Below are positions 32,000-41,618 of a stretch of DNA of 64,000 nt, piece after piece. The first letter of the stretch is position 1. Each line of letters opens with the position of its first letter. Source of the stretch: Acidobacteriota bacterium (GTDB lineage Bacteria; Acidobacteriota; Vicinamibacteria; Vicinamibacterales; JAKQTR01); contig JAPKZO010000040.1 in NCBI GenBank assembly GCA_026393755.1, forward strand, positions 39,311 through 103,310, given 5' to 3'. Position numbers and translations under genes: made by a program. The notes below the pieces were generated by a model. The model did no database searches, had not been told where the DNA came from, and saw nothing but the letters and a program-made list of their open reading frames with translations.

Positions 32000-34321
32000 T
32001 CACGGGGCCCGGCGCGGCATCAGCGCTCTGGTCTGTCGGATGGCCTCGTTGATTTGGCCGACCATGTCTGTTCGGCCGGTCGCGGTCGCGATGCCGAGCG
32101 CCTTCTCCAGGCTCGCAACCGCTTCCCCAATACGACCCGCCTTCGCATAGGCCTGGGCGGCGAGGTACGGCGCATCGACGGAATCCGGCGACAAACGTCC
32201 CGCTTCCTCGTACTGCCCGATCCCCTCGGCGATTCGGCCGGCCTCACAAAGTGCGTTGCCAAGATTGATGCGGAGACCATAGTTGCCCGGCTGGAGCCGA
32301 ACCGCCTCGCGGAAGTGCCTGAACGCCGCCTCGAAATCCCGGACAGAGGCCAGCGCGAACGCCAGATTGCCGTGTGCCTCGACGTCGTCCGGCTTGAGCG
32401 CCAACGCCTTCTGATACTCGGCAATCGCCTCCTGAACGGCACCCGTCTGCTGAAGCGCCACGGCGAGGTTGTTGTGAGGGCTGGGAGTATCTGGCGCCAG
32501 CGCCATGGCGCGCCGATGCTCGATAATCGCGTCGTTCGACAGGCCCGCCTCCATCAGGGCTAGTCCCAGATTCGAGTGTGCCTCGACCGAACGCGGCAGC
32601 AGCCGCGCCGCTTCCTTGAGGTGCGGAAGGGCCTCAGCCGGCCTGCCCAGGCCCCGCAACAACACTCCGAGCGCGCTGTGCGCTTCGGCGTAATCCGGGC
32701 GCAGGGCGATGGCCCTCGTCAGTTCTTCAAGGGCGGCCTGCGGCTCTCCGGTCTGCCGGTAGGCCTGCCCCAGGCTGAAGTGCGGTTCGGCGAAGGTTTC
32801 GTCCACCGCTGCGGCCTTCAGCAGCACGGAAATCGCGTCGGCGGCTCGCCCGTCCTGTACGAGGAACGCGCCGAGGTTGATGTACGTCTGGTCGTGAACC
32901 ACCTTCATCGGAAGATGCGTGACAACCGCCAACACTCCAGCGGCGGCGAGTCCGGGGATCCATTGTCGCTTCCAGTCCGGGCGCGTCACCGGTCGGCGAT
33001 CGGCCGGCAGTTTTCGCGCATGCCCGCGCTCGCGCCGCCCGGCCGCTGGCTTCGGCGCACTCACCCGCCGGAGGTCAAACACGGCGCCCAACCCGGCCGC
33101 CGAGAAGAGGAGCACGATCGGAACCAGGGGATGCCGATACCGAGCGACGACGAAGAACACGGCCACCGACAGCGCCAGGCCGACGAACATCCCGTACAGG
33201 ACCAGTAACGGTCGCCATCTCCCGCGATGGATCCAGACACCGAGAGCGGCGATCGGCAGCACGACGCCGAAACTGAACCACATCAGCGCACCGAGCATCC
33301 GGGAGGAATCGGCGTATGCCTCAATCGATTCGGTATCCGGGATCTCGGCCGCGTTGAACGTCAGAAGCAGCTTCTTCCCCAGCAGCGCGAGCCACTGAAC
33401 CGGTTGGGCGCGGATGTAGTCAAACGACTGGCGAAGCCAGTAGTCGGACACCTCGCCAGGCGACAGCGGCCGGCCGGCCGCTGTCGACGCGAGTGCGGTG
33501 GCGTCGGCGCGTTCGTAGACCGCGTCACCACGGCCAGGCACCAGGGAGTCGTAACTGCCCGAGGCGTGGGCGTTGTTGCCGATGAAGAAATTCGGCCCGA
33601 GCTGAGAGGTTGACAGGAGGAACTCGCCGCCAACCCGGTAGTTGCGAATGCCTACGGGCAGCAAGACGACCAGCGTGGCGCAGAGGAACGCGGCGGCCCA
33701 CCCGACCCGGCGACGGACGGGGACGTCGCGAAACTGAAACAGCAGCCAAGCCCCGATGACCGGGTAGATGATCCGGGCATTCTCGCGGTTCAGCGTGAGT
33801 GCCGCGGTGGCAGCACCGAGCGCGATCAGCCACCGCCAGCGAGGCTGGTGCTGGAACTCCGCGACGAAGACGATGACCAGTGTGATCAGGAAGATATCCA
33901 GTGACGACTTCTGGATCAGTCCATCGAAGAAGATCGCAGGAGGATAGAACGCCAGCAGCAGCGCGGCAATCACGCCGACCCGGTCGCTGAAGAACCGGCG
34001 GCCCGCCAGGCCGATCAACGCGCAGGATGCTGCACCGAGGATGGCCTGGACAACCCGCACCAGGCCCAGGTTGTGGCCTGCGATCTTGAAGATGGCGGCA
34101 AGACAATACGGATAAAGAGGTGTCTGGTAGAAGATCTCGGTGCCGATCCACTGCCCACCCGCGATCTGTCGCGCCCACTGGTCGTACTGGCGGCTGTCGC
34201 CCATCAGGACGGACAGGAGCGGATTCCCGCTGAGTTCGGCCAGGTAGACAAGCCGGACGGCCAGGGCGACCAGCGCAATCCCTAGCAGGGTGACAGACGG
34301 GCGCAGGTGACGGAGGTTCAT
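32000..34321 (-). CDS. GT-C (PMT_2/ArnT-like) glycosyltransferase with C-terminal TPR array
   Basis: 773 aa. N-terminal polytopic domain with LMGDSRQYDQWA in the first loop. A further TM cluster, then about 8 TPR units (YRQTGEPQAALEELTRAIALRPDYAEAH and similar). Confidence 0.85.
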   Translation of the reverse strand: MNLRHLRPSVTLLGIALVALAVRLVYLAELSGNPLLSVLMGDSRQYDQWARQIAGGQWIGTEIFYQTPLYPYCLAAIFKIAGHNLGLVRVVQAILGAASCALIGLAGRRFFSDRVGVIAALLLAFYPPAIFFDGLIQKSSLDIFLITLVIVFVAEFQHQPRWRWLIALGAATAALTLNRENARIIYPVIGAWLLFQFRDVPVRRRVGWAAAFLCATLVVLLPVGIRNYRVGGEFLLSTSQLGPNFFIGNNAHASGSYDSLVPGRGDAVYERADATALASTAAGRPLSPGEVSDYWLRQSFDYIRAQPVQWLALLGKKLLLTFNAAEIPDTESIEAYADSSRMLGALMWFSFGVVLPIAALGVWIHRGRWRPLLVLYGMFVGLALSVAVFFVVARYRHPLVPIVLLFSAAGLGAVFDLRRVSAPKPAAGRRERGHARKLPADRRPVTRPDWKRQWIPGLAAAGVLAVVTHLPMKVVHDQTYINLGAFLVQDGRAADAISVLLKAAAVDETFAEPHFSLGQAYRQTGEPQAALEELTRAIALRPDYAEAHSALGVLLRGLGRPAEALPHLKEAARLLPRSVEAHSNLGLALMEAGLSNDAIIEHRRAMALAPDTPSPHNNLAVALQQTGAVQEAIAEYQKALALKPDDVEAHGNLAFALASVRDFEAAFRHFREAVRLQPGNYGLRINLGNALCEAGRIAEGIGQYEEAGRLSPDSVDAPYLAAQAYAKAGRIGEAVASLEKALGIATATGRTDMVGQINEAIRQTRALMPRRAP

Positions 34322-34534
34322 GGGGTTCGGCGGACCTATTCTGCCATCAAGTCGCGCAGAGAGAGAGGGCCACGGCCCCGAAATCGAGGCTCCAAGCCAA
34401 TCTATGCGATAATACTCGGAGCATACACGCGTGAAGGGTGGTCGCGAAGCCCGTCGATTGAACCCCTCTGTTGACCGACCTGCCGTCCGGTTTCCCTCGG
34501 ATCAACACCCTGCACGCCTGATACATTCGAGGAA

Positions 34535-35794
34535 TTGACCACATTGACCCCATCGACCTCCCACGAGCAATCGCGACGTCCGCGCCGGCCCGGCGGCCGA
34601 TCCGGCGCGCATCGGCCGGCCCCGACGACCAAACCGCCTGTCACCCTCCCATTTGAGACGCTCGCCCACGACCCGACCCCCATCGATTTCTCGGCATTGA
34701 CGCTGGATCCGCGCATCCGAGTCGGCATCGAGGATCGCGGGTTTACCCGCACGACGCCGATTCAGAGTGCCGTGTTCCCCGTCGTGTTCGCAGGCGCGGA
34801 TTTGATCGCCTGCGCGGAGACCGGGACGGGCAAGACGGCGGCCTTTCTGCTGCCCATCATGCAGCGGCTGCTCGAACAGCCCGTCAGCCAGCCGTGCACG
34901 CGGGTGCTCGTGCTGGCGCCGACGCGCGAACTCGCGGTCCAGATCGAGGACGACTTCCAGGGATTTGCGTATCACACCACGCTCACCAGCGTCGCGGTGT
35001 ACGGGGGCGTCGATGCGGACATGCAGACGCGGGGCCTGAAGTCGGGTGCCGACATCGTTGTCGCCACGCCTGGGCGCCTGCAGGACCTGATGAACTGCGG
35101 TGCGGCGGATTTCACGCGGCTCGAAGTGCTGGTCCTGGACGAGGCGGACCGCATGATGGACATGGGCTTCTGGCCTGATGTGAGCCGCATCGTCGCGACA
35201 CTGCCCAAGGCGCGGCAGACGCTGCTGTTTTCGGCGACCACATCGAGCGACGTCGTCCGGATGGCCGACGAGATCATGCACGCGCCGAAACACGTGCAGA
35301 TCGGCCGTGCCGGTGGACCGGCCACCACGATCACGCACGTGGCGTTCGAGGTGCCGTCGCGGGAGAAGACAGACTGGCTGGCCCAGTTTCTGCGGCGCCA
35401 TCGCGAACCCGCGCTGGTCTTCGTGCGCACGAAGCGATTTGCCGACACGCTGGCCTCCGCGCTGTCGGGCCGCGGCATCAAGTGTGTGGCGCTGCACGCG
35501 GACCGGACGCAGCGGGAACGGACCGCGGCGGTCGAGGGGTTCCGGAGCGGCCGGCACACGGTTCTGGTGGCCACCGACATCGCCGCACGCGGCCTCGACA
35601 TCGACGGCATCTCGCACGTGATCAACTACGAGGTCCCGCACTCGCCGGATGCCTACGTGCATCGCGTCGGCCGCACGGGACGCGCCGAAGCCACCGGAAC
35701 GGCGGTGACGCTGGTGGCTGCCGACGAACTGCCCTACCTGCACGCGATCGAGAAGTCGATCAACATCCGGATGGGCGACGGCCGCGCGGCGTAG
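34535..35794 (+). CDS. DEAD-box ATP-dependent RNA helicase
   Basis: Q-motif region (GFTRTTPIQ), AETGTGKT, VLDEADRMMDMGF, SAT, HRVGRTGRA. The start is uncertain (TTG 34535 or TTG 34544 after GAGGAA). It is preceded by a ~210-nt untranslated region. Confidence 0.9.
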   Translation: MTTLTPSTSHEQSRRPRRPGGRSGAHRPAPTTKPPVTLPFETLAHDPTPIDFSALTLDPRIRVGIEDRGFTRTTPIQSAVFPVVFAGADLIACAETGTGKTAAFLLPIMQRLLEQPVSQPCTRVLVLAPTRELAVQIEDDFQGFAYHTTLTSVAVYGGVDADMQTRGLKSGADIVVATPGRLQDLMNCGAADFTRLEVLVLDEADRMMDMGFWPDVSRIVATLPKARQTLLFSATTSSDVVRMADEIMHAPKHVQIGRAGGPATTITHVAFEVPSREKTDWLAQFLRRHREPALVFVRTKRFADTLASALSGRGIKCVALHADRTQRERTAAVEGFRSGRHTVLVATDIAARGLDIDGISHVINYEVPHSPDAYVHRVGRTGRAEATGTAVTLVAADELPYLHAIEKSINIRMGDGRAA

Positions 35795-35817
35795 GGGATG
35801 TCTGGCTCGCCGTCCAG

Positions 35818-35846
35818 TTGACATCTCCCCCGCCCGGGCGTATCAA
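35818..35846 (+). promoter_or_regulatory. sigma-70-type promoter candidate
   Basis: TTGACA-N17-TATCAA. The -10 ends 44 nt upstream of ATG 35891. Confidence 0.45.
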
Positions 35847-35890
35847 TGCGGCTCGGGAACGATCACGCCCCTCCACTGGAGACGCCTGCG

Positions 35891-36367
35891 ATGCGAACGG
35901 TAGCTTTCACGCTGAATGGCAAGCCCACGCGGCTGACGGTCGACGAGAACCGCATGCTGTTGTGGGTTCTGCGCGACGACCTCGGCCTGACTGGAACCAA
36001 GTTCGGCTGCGGCGCCGCCCTCTGCGGCGCCTGCACGGTGCTGGTCAACAACGAGGCCGTGCGCTCGTGCGCCACGCCGATGCGGGAGGTCGATGGCAAG
36101 AAGGTTCTGACCATCGAAGGCCTCGCCACTGACGGCACCCTCCATCCGCTGCAGGAGGCCTTCGTGAAGCACCTGGCGTTCCAGTGCGGCTTCTGCACGC
36201 CCGGGATGATCCTCGGCGCCTACGCATTCCTGCTGAAGAACCCGAAGCCCACCCACGCCCAGATCATTGAGCACTTGGACGACCACCTGTGCCGCTGTGG
36301 CGCGCACGTCCGGATTGTGGCAGCTGTCGAGACCGCGGCGGCATCGATGAAAGGGGGCGCGCGATGA
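35891..36367 (+). CDS. [2Fe-2S]-binding small subunit of a molybdenum hydroxylase (xanthine dehydrogenase/aldehyde oxidase family)
   Basis: Start at ATG 35891 (GGAGAC upstream). Plant-type ferredoxin cysteines GCGAALCGAC...SC, and the second cluster motif QCGFCTPG...CRCG. Confidence 0.9.
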   Translation: MRTVAFTLNGKPTRLTVDENRMLLWVLRDDLGLTGTKFGCGAALCGACTVLVNNEAVRSCATPMREVDGKKVLTIEGLATDGTLHPLQEAFVKHLAFQCGFCTPGMILGAYAFLLKNPKPTHAQIIEHLDDHLCRCGAHVRIVAAVETAAASMKGGAR

Positions 36368-38529
36368 GCTGGGACGATGACAACGAACTGGTCGTGGACG
36401 GCCCAACCACGTTCCCGGTCGATCGGCGCGACTTCCTGAAGCTCACGAGCACGGGCCTGCTCGTGTTGATGGCGGTCGATCCGGCGCAGGGTCTGCAGGA
36501 AGGGGCGAGGCCGCAGGCAGGCCGGCAGGGCCCTCCGACGGACGTCAATGCGTACCTGCACATCGGCACCGACAACCGCGTCACCTGCTTCGTCGGTAAG
36601 GTCGAGCTTGGCCAGGGGTCGATGACGTCGCTCCCGCAGTTGCTCGCCGAAGAGCTCGACGTGCCGCTCGCATCGGTGGACGTCGTCATGGGCGACACGG
36701 ACGTGTGTCCGTGGGACATGGGCACGTTCGGATCGCTCAGCATCCGCACGTTCGGCCCGATCCTGCGGAACGCAGGGGCCGAGGCGCGCGCGGTGCTGCT
36801 GCTGCTTGCGTCGGAACGTCTGCAGGTGCCCATCGACACCCTGGTCGTCAAGGCGGGCGTCGTGTCGGTCGCGACGGATGCAAACAAGAAGGTGACCTAC
36901 GGCCAGCTCACCGAGGGCAAGCGCATCGAGCGCAAGCTCGAGCAGAAAGCCACCGTCAAGCCCGTCAAGGCGTTCAGGATTGTCGGAATGCCGGCACCCC
37001 GGCGAGATGCGATCGAGAAGGTGACCGGCAAGGCAAAGTACGCGGGCGACATCGTGCCGCCGGGCGGGGCGCTGCACGCCCGCATCCTCCGGCCTCCGGC
37101 TCACGGCGCCACGATGACGCAGGTCGACACGTCGGCTGCCGAGCAGGTGCCGGGCGTTCGCGTGATCCGGGACGGCGACATGGTGGCGGTGCTTCACGAA
37201 CACCGCGACGAGGCGGACAGGGCGCTCGCGCTCATCAAGGCGCAGTTCACGCGGAACGACCCGCCCGTCGACAACCAGACGATCTTCGATCACCTCGTGA
37301 AGAACGCGCCGCAGGGTCAGCGCGCGGCGGCGGGTGGCGATGTCGCGACGTTTGCCGGCGCCACGGCGCAGAAGTTCGACGCGACATATCTGGACAGCTA
37401 TATGGCGCACGCGCCGATGGAGACGCACTCGGCGGTCGCGGCGGTCGAAAACGGAAAGGTGACCGTCTGGGCGGGCACGCAGACGCCGTTTCCCGTCAAG
37501 AGTCAGATTATGGCCGCGCTGAGGCTGCCGGCCGACAAGGTGCGGGTGATCACGCCGTTTGTCGGTGGAGGCTTCGGCGGCAAGTCCGCGTCGCGGCAGG
37601 CCGTCGAGGCGGCGCGGCTCGCCGTGCTCACCGGCAAACCCGTGCGCGTGGTGTTCGGGCGCGATGAGGAGTTCTTCTACGACACGTTCCGTCCCGCCGC
37701 GGTGATGAAGATCAAGTCGGCCATCGACGCCTCGGGCGCGATTGTGCTCTGGGACTATCACGTGTATGCCGCCGGGGAACGGGGCGCGGCGCATTTCTAT
37801 AACATCGCCAACCACCAGACGATGGTCTATGGCAGTTGGGGCGGCGGAGGAGCGGCTGGCTACCATCCGTTTGCGATTGGCCCGTGGCGCGCGCCCGGGG
37901 CGAGTACCAACGCCTTTGCGCGCGAGTCGCACATCGACGTCATGGCGGCCAGGGCCGGCATGGACCCGGTGGCCTTCAGACTGAAGAATCTGACCGACCC
38001 GCGGATGATCCGCGCGCTGGAGGCGGCTGCCAAGCGGTTCGGCTGGACTCCGAAGGCGGCGCCAAGCGGCCGCGGCGTCGGCGTCGCCTGCGGCATCGAC
38101 GCGGGCACCTATGTCACGTTGATGACCGAGGTGGCGGTCGACAAGGCGACCGGCCGGGTGCAGGTCAAGCGGGTGGTATGCGCGCAGGATCAGGGCGTCA
38201 TCGTGAACCGGGAGGGATCGGTGCAGCAAGTCGAAGGCTGCATCACGATGGGTCTCGGCTACACGTTCAGCGAGGAGATTCACTTCAAGGGCGGCGAGGT
38301 GCTCGACAAGAACTTCGACACGTACGGGCTGCCTCTCTTCTCGTGGGTGCCGCGGATCGAGACCGTCTTGATTGACGCGCCAGAGATCCCCGCGGCCGGC
38401 TGCGGGGAGCCGGCCATCGTCCCGGTGGGGGCGGCCGTCGCCAACGCGATCTTCGACGCGGTCGGCGCGCGGCTCAATCAGCTGCCGATGACGCCGGCGC
38501 GCGTCAAGCAGGCCATCGGCCGGAGCTGA
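36364..38529 (+). CDS. molybdopterin-binding large subunit (IorB/aldehyde oxidoreductase-like) with Tat signal
   Basis: ATGA overlap with the small-subunit stop. Twin-arginine motif DRRDFLKLTSTG. GQGSMTSLPQLLAEEL, GGGFGGKS and other xanthine-dehydrogenase-family segments. No FAD-subunit gene is adjacent. Confidence 0.9.
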   Translation: MSWDDDNELVVDGPTTFPVDRRDFLKLTSTGLLVLMAVDPAQGLQEGARPQAGRQGPPTDVNAYLHIGTDNRVTCFVGKVELGQGSMTSLPQLLAEELDVPLASVDVVMGDTDVCPWDMGTFGSLSIRTFGPILRNAGAEARAVLLLLASERLQVPIDTLVVKAGVVSVATDANKKVTYGQLTEGKRIERKLEQKATVKPVKAFRIVGMPAPRRDAIEKVTGKAKYAGDIVPPGGALHARILRPPAHGATMTQVDTSAAEQVPGVRVIRDGDMVAVLHEHRDEADRALALIKAQFTRNDPPVDNQTIFDHLVKNAPQGQRAAAGGDVATFAGATAQKFDATYLDSYMAHAPMETHSAVAAVENGKVTVWAGTQTPFPVKSQIMAALRLPADKVRVITPFVGGGFGGKSASRQAVEAARLAVLTGKPVRVVFGRDEEFFYDTFRPAAVMKIKSAIDASGAIVLWDYHVYAAGERGAAHFYNIANHQTMVYGSWGGGGAAGYHPFAIGPWRAPGASTNAFARESHIDVMAARAGMDPVAFRLKNLTDPRMIRALEAAAKRFGWTPKAAPSGRGVGVACGIDAGTYVTLMTEVAVDKATGRVQVKRVVCAQDQGVIVNREGSVQQVEGCITMGLGYTFSEEIHFKGGEVLDKNFDTYGLPLFSWVPRIETVLIDAPEIPAAGCGEPAIVPVGAAVANAIFDAVGARLNQLPMTPARVKQAIGRS

Positions 38530-38566
38530 CGCGCGCCGTACGCCGGGGAGTTCGACGGCGATCTCT

Positions 38567-38956
38567 CTACAGTCTTCCGGGCCTCGGAACCTCGATCTCG
38601 GGATCCAGGACGGTGACGCCGTTGAACCGCACGTCGTACTTGTAGATACCGGGCAGTAACCCGCGGAGCTTGCAGGCGTGTCCGGTCGGCGTCTTCTTGA
38701 TCTTCTTCTCGGGGAAATTCTGCGCGACCATACGCACGGCGCCCCGGCGAACGCGCACGCGTGTCAAGCCGCTGACCTGTTCAAAATTCCCGACCGTCAC
38801 GTCGACGCCTGCAGGCGCGCCCTGAATGTTCCAGGCCACCGTGTCGCCAGGCAAGGCCGTCGCGTAGTCGGGCACGACGTCGAGCGTGTACGGACCCTTC
38901 GGGAGCGACCGCTGGATGAGGATGGTGATGATGCGAGTAACCCCTTTGTACTTCAT
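38567..38956 (-). CDS. hypothetical small beta-rich protein (129 aa)
   Basis: ATG 38956 with GGAGGAA 5 nt upstream. It lies 55 nt downstream of the kinase gene stop on the same strand. No family recognised. The longer ORF-track version (to 39307) overlaps the kinase 3' end. Confidence 0.7.
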   Translation of the reverse strand: MKYKGVTRIITILIQRSLPKGPYTLDVVPDYATALPGDTVAWNIQGAPAGVDVTVGNFEQVSGLTRVRVRRGAVRMVAQNFPEKKIKKTPTGHACKLRGLLPGIYKYDVRFNGVTVLDPEIEVPRPGRL

Positions 38957-39011
38957 TGCGATTCCTCCATTGGTGAGTGTGACCTCCGCCGTTGGGTGCC
39001 CGGCTGCGCGT

Positions 39012-41618
39012 CTACCGATCTCCGCGCAGCATCTCAGCGACTTTCGGGAGCGTCTTGATCGGATCGAGATCCGCGTCGCCACGCGCGTCTCGCACCGGGT
39101 AATCCTTCTGTAGCGCGCGCTCGAGCCAGATGACCGCGTCGACTGGCTGGCCGAGAAGGCAGTGAACCACGGCGCGTCGGTACAGGACGTACGGGTCGTC
39201 TCGAGCAAGTTCCACGGCCTGACTGGCATGTCGAAGTGCTTCCTCGCGGCGGCCGAGCTTCGCATCATAGAACGCGTGCCGGGCCAGCACCCTCGGTTGA
39301 TGGGCATTGACCCTGATCATGCCCTGCGTGAGCGTCGCGGCCTGTTCGAATTCCCTGAGGGCGCTTGTTCGATCGCCGATCGCCGCGTACGCGTCGGCGA
39401 GGTTGCGGCGCTTGATGTCGTTGCCCGGATCCAACTCCACCGCCTTGGCGCACACGGTTGCCGCTTCACGAAACCGGCCGAGCGCAAAGTAGATCACACC
39501 GATATTTGTGAGGTTGGTAGCGTCTGAGGGCAGCGCCTGGTAACACGCGAGCGCCTGCTCGTAGGCACCAAGATACGCGTGAGCGGAACACCGGTTCGTC
39601 AACGCCCAGGCATTGTCGGGCTGGATCGCCAGAACGCGCCCGAACGTGTCGACTGCGTCCTTGTAGCGCTGGGCCTCCAGCAACATCGCGCCCTGGACCA
39701 GGTGATTGAGGACGTTGTTGGGCCGAAGCCTGATGGCCTGCTGAATCTCCGCATCCGCTTCCTGCTTCCGGCCTTCCGTGTCCAGCGCGTCTGAGAGTAC
39801 GCGATGCGGCTCGTCGTCGAACGGCCGCTTCTCGATCACCTGCCGGATGGCGTTCTCGGCTTGTTCGTTCTTGCCGGTGCTGAGATAGAAACGCGCCAGC
39901 GAGATCCGGATGGCCGGGCTGTCGGGATCCGCGGCGCTGGCATTCACGATCAAGGATCTGGCCTGTTCGATCCATGACGGATCTCTGGTCTCGCCGTACT
40001 GGGCGAGGCACGCGTCGGCCAGGCCGGCCATCGCCGGCGCGCAGGAGGGATCCCGTGCGACGGCAGACCGGAACGCCTTCTCGGCCCTGGCCACATTGCC
40101 GGCGACATCACGGCGGTCGAGCAGCAGGCGTCCAGCCGCGTAATCGGCGTACGAGGCGGCCTGGCACGCGGGCGTCCGGCTCAGCCGGCCTCGATCCGCC
40201 GCCGTCAGGCTGACGTTCAGCGCCGCGACGATATCGGAGGTGGCCTGCGCTTGAGTCCCGGACGTCCCGGTGGTCCAACCGTGATAGGTCTTCTCGGAGA
40301 CGACCTTGCCGCTCGGGTCCTCCACCGCCACAACGAAGCGCGGCACCCCGCTAACCCGGCGCAGACTGCCGCTCACCAGCATGGTCACGCCGTGCTCGCG
40401 GGCGGCCTTTCGCGCATCCCCGGAGTTCGGGGAGATCGCCGGGTCGGCTGGCCGCGAGAGCACGTTCACCGCCGACAGGCCCTCGAGCGCGGAGACAATC
40501 GCCTCTGAAAAGCCAGCGGCGACCGCGTCCTGGGCCGGATCGCCGGTCTGGTTGGCGAACGGCAGGACGGCCACGAACTGCGAGGCAACAGGCGGGACGG
40601 GGAACATTCGCTCCTGAAGAAGGAATCCCGCCGGCACCAACACCGCCGCCACGAGCGCGGCGCCGGCCAGCCCCGCCGTCCACCGGCGGCGCGACGTGAT
40701 CGCCGCCAGACTCGCAGCCAGGCCGACCGTCGATCCGCGCGATCCGGATCGGTCTGGCGTGGCCGCGCACTTGAGCGCCGCCTGCTGAAGATCGTCGGCC
40801 ATCTCCGCCGCCGACCGGTACCGTTCCGCCGGATCCTTGGCCATCGCTTTCGCGACGATCGCGTCCACGACTGGCGGCACGGATCCGTTGACGGCACTGA
40901 CCAGGGGCGTAGGCTTCGCCAGAACCTGGTAGATCACATCGCGCGTGGTCGGCGCGTCGAAGGGCTTCCGCCCGGTGAGCAGTTCGAACAGCGTGGCACC
41001 GAGGCTGTAGATGTCGCTCGAGGGGCTCGCCGGATGCCCACCCAGTTGCTCGGGAGCCATGTAGGCCGGCGTGCCGGCCATGACGCCCGCTCGCGACAGC
41101 GTCACTTCGCACGTGGATGCATCGGCGGATGCCAGATCCTGTTCGAGGTCGCTGACGCGGGCAAGGCCGAAGTCGAGGACCTTGGCCGCGCCGTCCGGTG
41201 TCAGCACGACATTCGACGGCTTGAGATCCCTGTGCACGACGCCCGCCGCGTGCGCGTGCGCCAGTGCGCCCGCCAGCTGCGAGGCGATAGTGAGGACCTG
41301 GTGGCACGGCAGAGGCCCGCGGCTCGCGATGCGAGCGAGCGTCTCGCCCTGCGCGTACTCCATCACGATGCAGGGATGCGCCTCGGTGTCGAGGATGTCA
41401 TAGATCGCCGCGATGTTCGGATGCGTGATCTGGGCGGCGGCGCGCGCCTCACGCAGCAGCCGGCTTCGCGCGTGCGGGGCATCGAGCGACGGATCGGTGA
41501 GGGACTTGAGCGCGACCTTCCGATTCAGACGGGTGTCCACCGCCAGGTAGACCTCACCCATCCCACCGGCTCCCAGCCGTTCGATGATACGGTACGGGCC
41601 GACAGACGAGGGTTCCAT
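39012..41618 (-). CDS. Ser/Thr protein kinase with TM segment, periplasmic domain and TPR array
   Basis: GAGGMGEVY...VALK, HRDLKPSNVVL, DFGLA, APE. A TM helix (AALVAAVLVPAGFLL). A VAVLPFANQTGDP TolB-N-like module. A long TPR region. Confidence 0.9.
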   Translation of the reverse strand: MEPSSVGPYRIIERLGAGGMGEVYLAVDTRLNRKVALKSLTDPSLDAPHARSRLLREARAAAQITHPNIAAIYDILDTEAHPCIVMEYAQGETLARIASRGPLPCHQVLTIASQLAGALAHAHAAGVVHRDLKPSNVVLTPDGAAKVLDFGLARVSDLEQDLASADASTCEVTLSRAGVMAGTPAYMAPEQLGGHPASPSSDIYSLGATLFELLTGRKPFDAPTTRDVIYQVLAKPTPLVSAVNGSVPPVVDAIVAKAMAKDPAERYRSAAEMADDLQQAALKCAATPDRSGSRGSTVGLAASLAAITSRRRWTAGLAGAALVAAVLVPAGFLLQERMFPVPPVASQFVAVLPFANQTGDPAQDAVAAGFSEAIVSALEGLSAVNVLSRPADPAISPNSGDARKAAREHGVTMLVSGSLRRVSGVPRFVVAVEDPSGKVVSEKTYHGWTTGTSGTQAQATSDIVAALNVSLTAADRGRLSRTPACQAASYADYAAGRLLLDRRDVAGNVARAEKAFRSAVARDPSCAPAMAGLADACLAQYGETRDPSWIEQARSLIVNASAADPDSPAIRISLARFYLSTGKNEQAENAIRQVIEKRPFDDEPHRVLSDALDTEGRKQEADAEIQQAIRLRPNNVLNHLVQGAMLLEAQRYKDAVDTFGRVLAIQPDNAWALTNRCSAHAYLGAYEQALACYQALPSDATNLTNIGVIYFALGRFREAATVCAKAVELDPGNDIKRRNLADAYAAIGDRTSALREFEQAATLTQGMIRVNAHQPRVLARHAFYDAKLGRREEALRHASQAVELARDDPYVLYRRAVVHCLLGQPVDAVIWLERALQKDYPVRDARGDADLDPIKTLPKVAEMLRGDR

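Noticed and set aside
34322-34534. Structured RNA or riboswitch in the long 5' region of the DEAD-box helicase gene
   Set aside because: I could not recognise any known riboswitch core or convincing conserved hairpin by eye. A cold-shock-type long leader is possible but unsupported. It would need covariance-model scanning or comparative alignment.
36220-38283. 687-aa ORF on the minus strand
   Set aside because: It is antisense to the molybdopterin-subunit gene (Tat signal, GGGFGGKS). The composition is Arg/His/Asp-rich shadow.
38957-39307. N-terminal 117 codons of ORF 38567-39307
   Set aside because: They overlap the 3' end of the kinase gene in another frame and are Arg/Ser/Cys-rich. The internal ATG 38956 has a strong GGAGGAA RBS.
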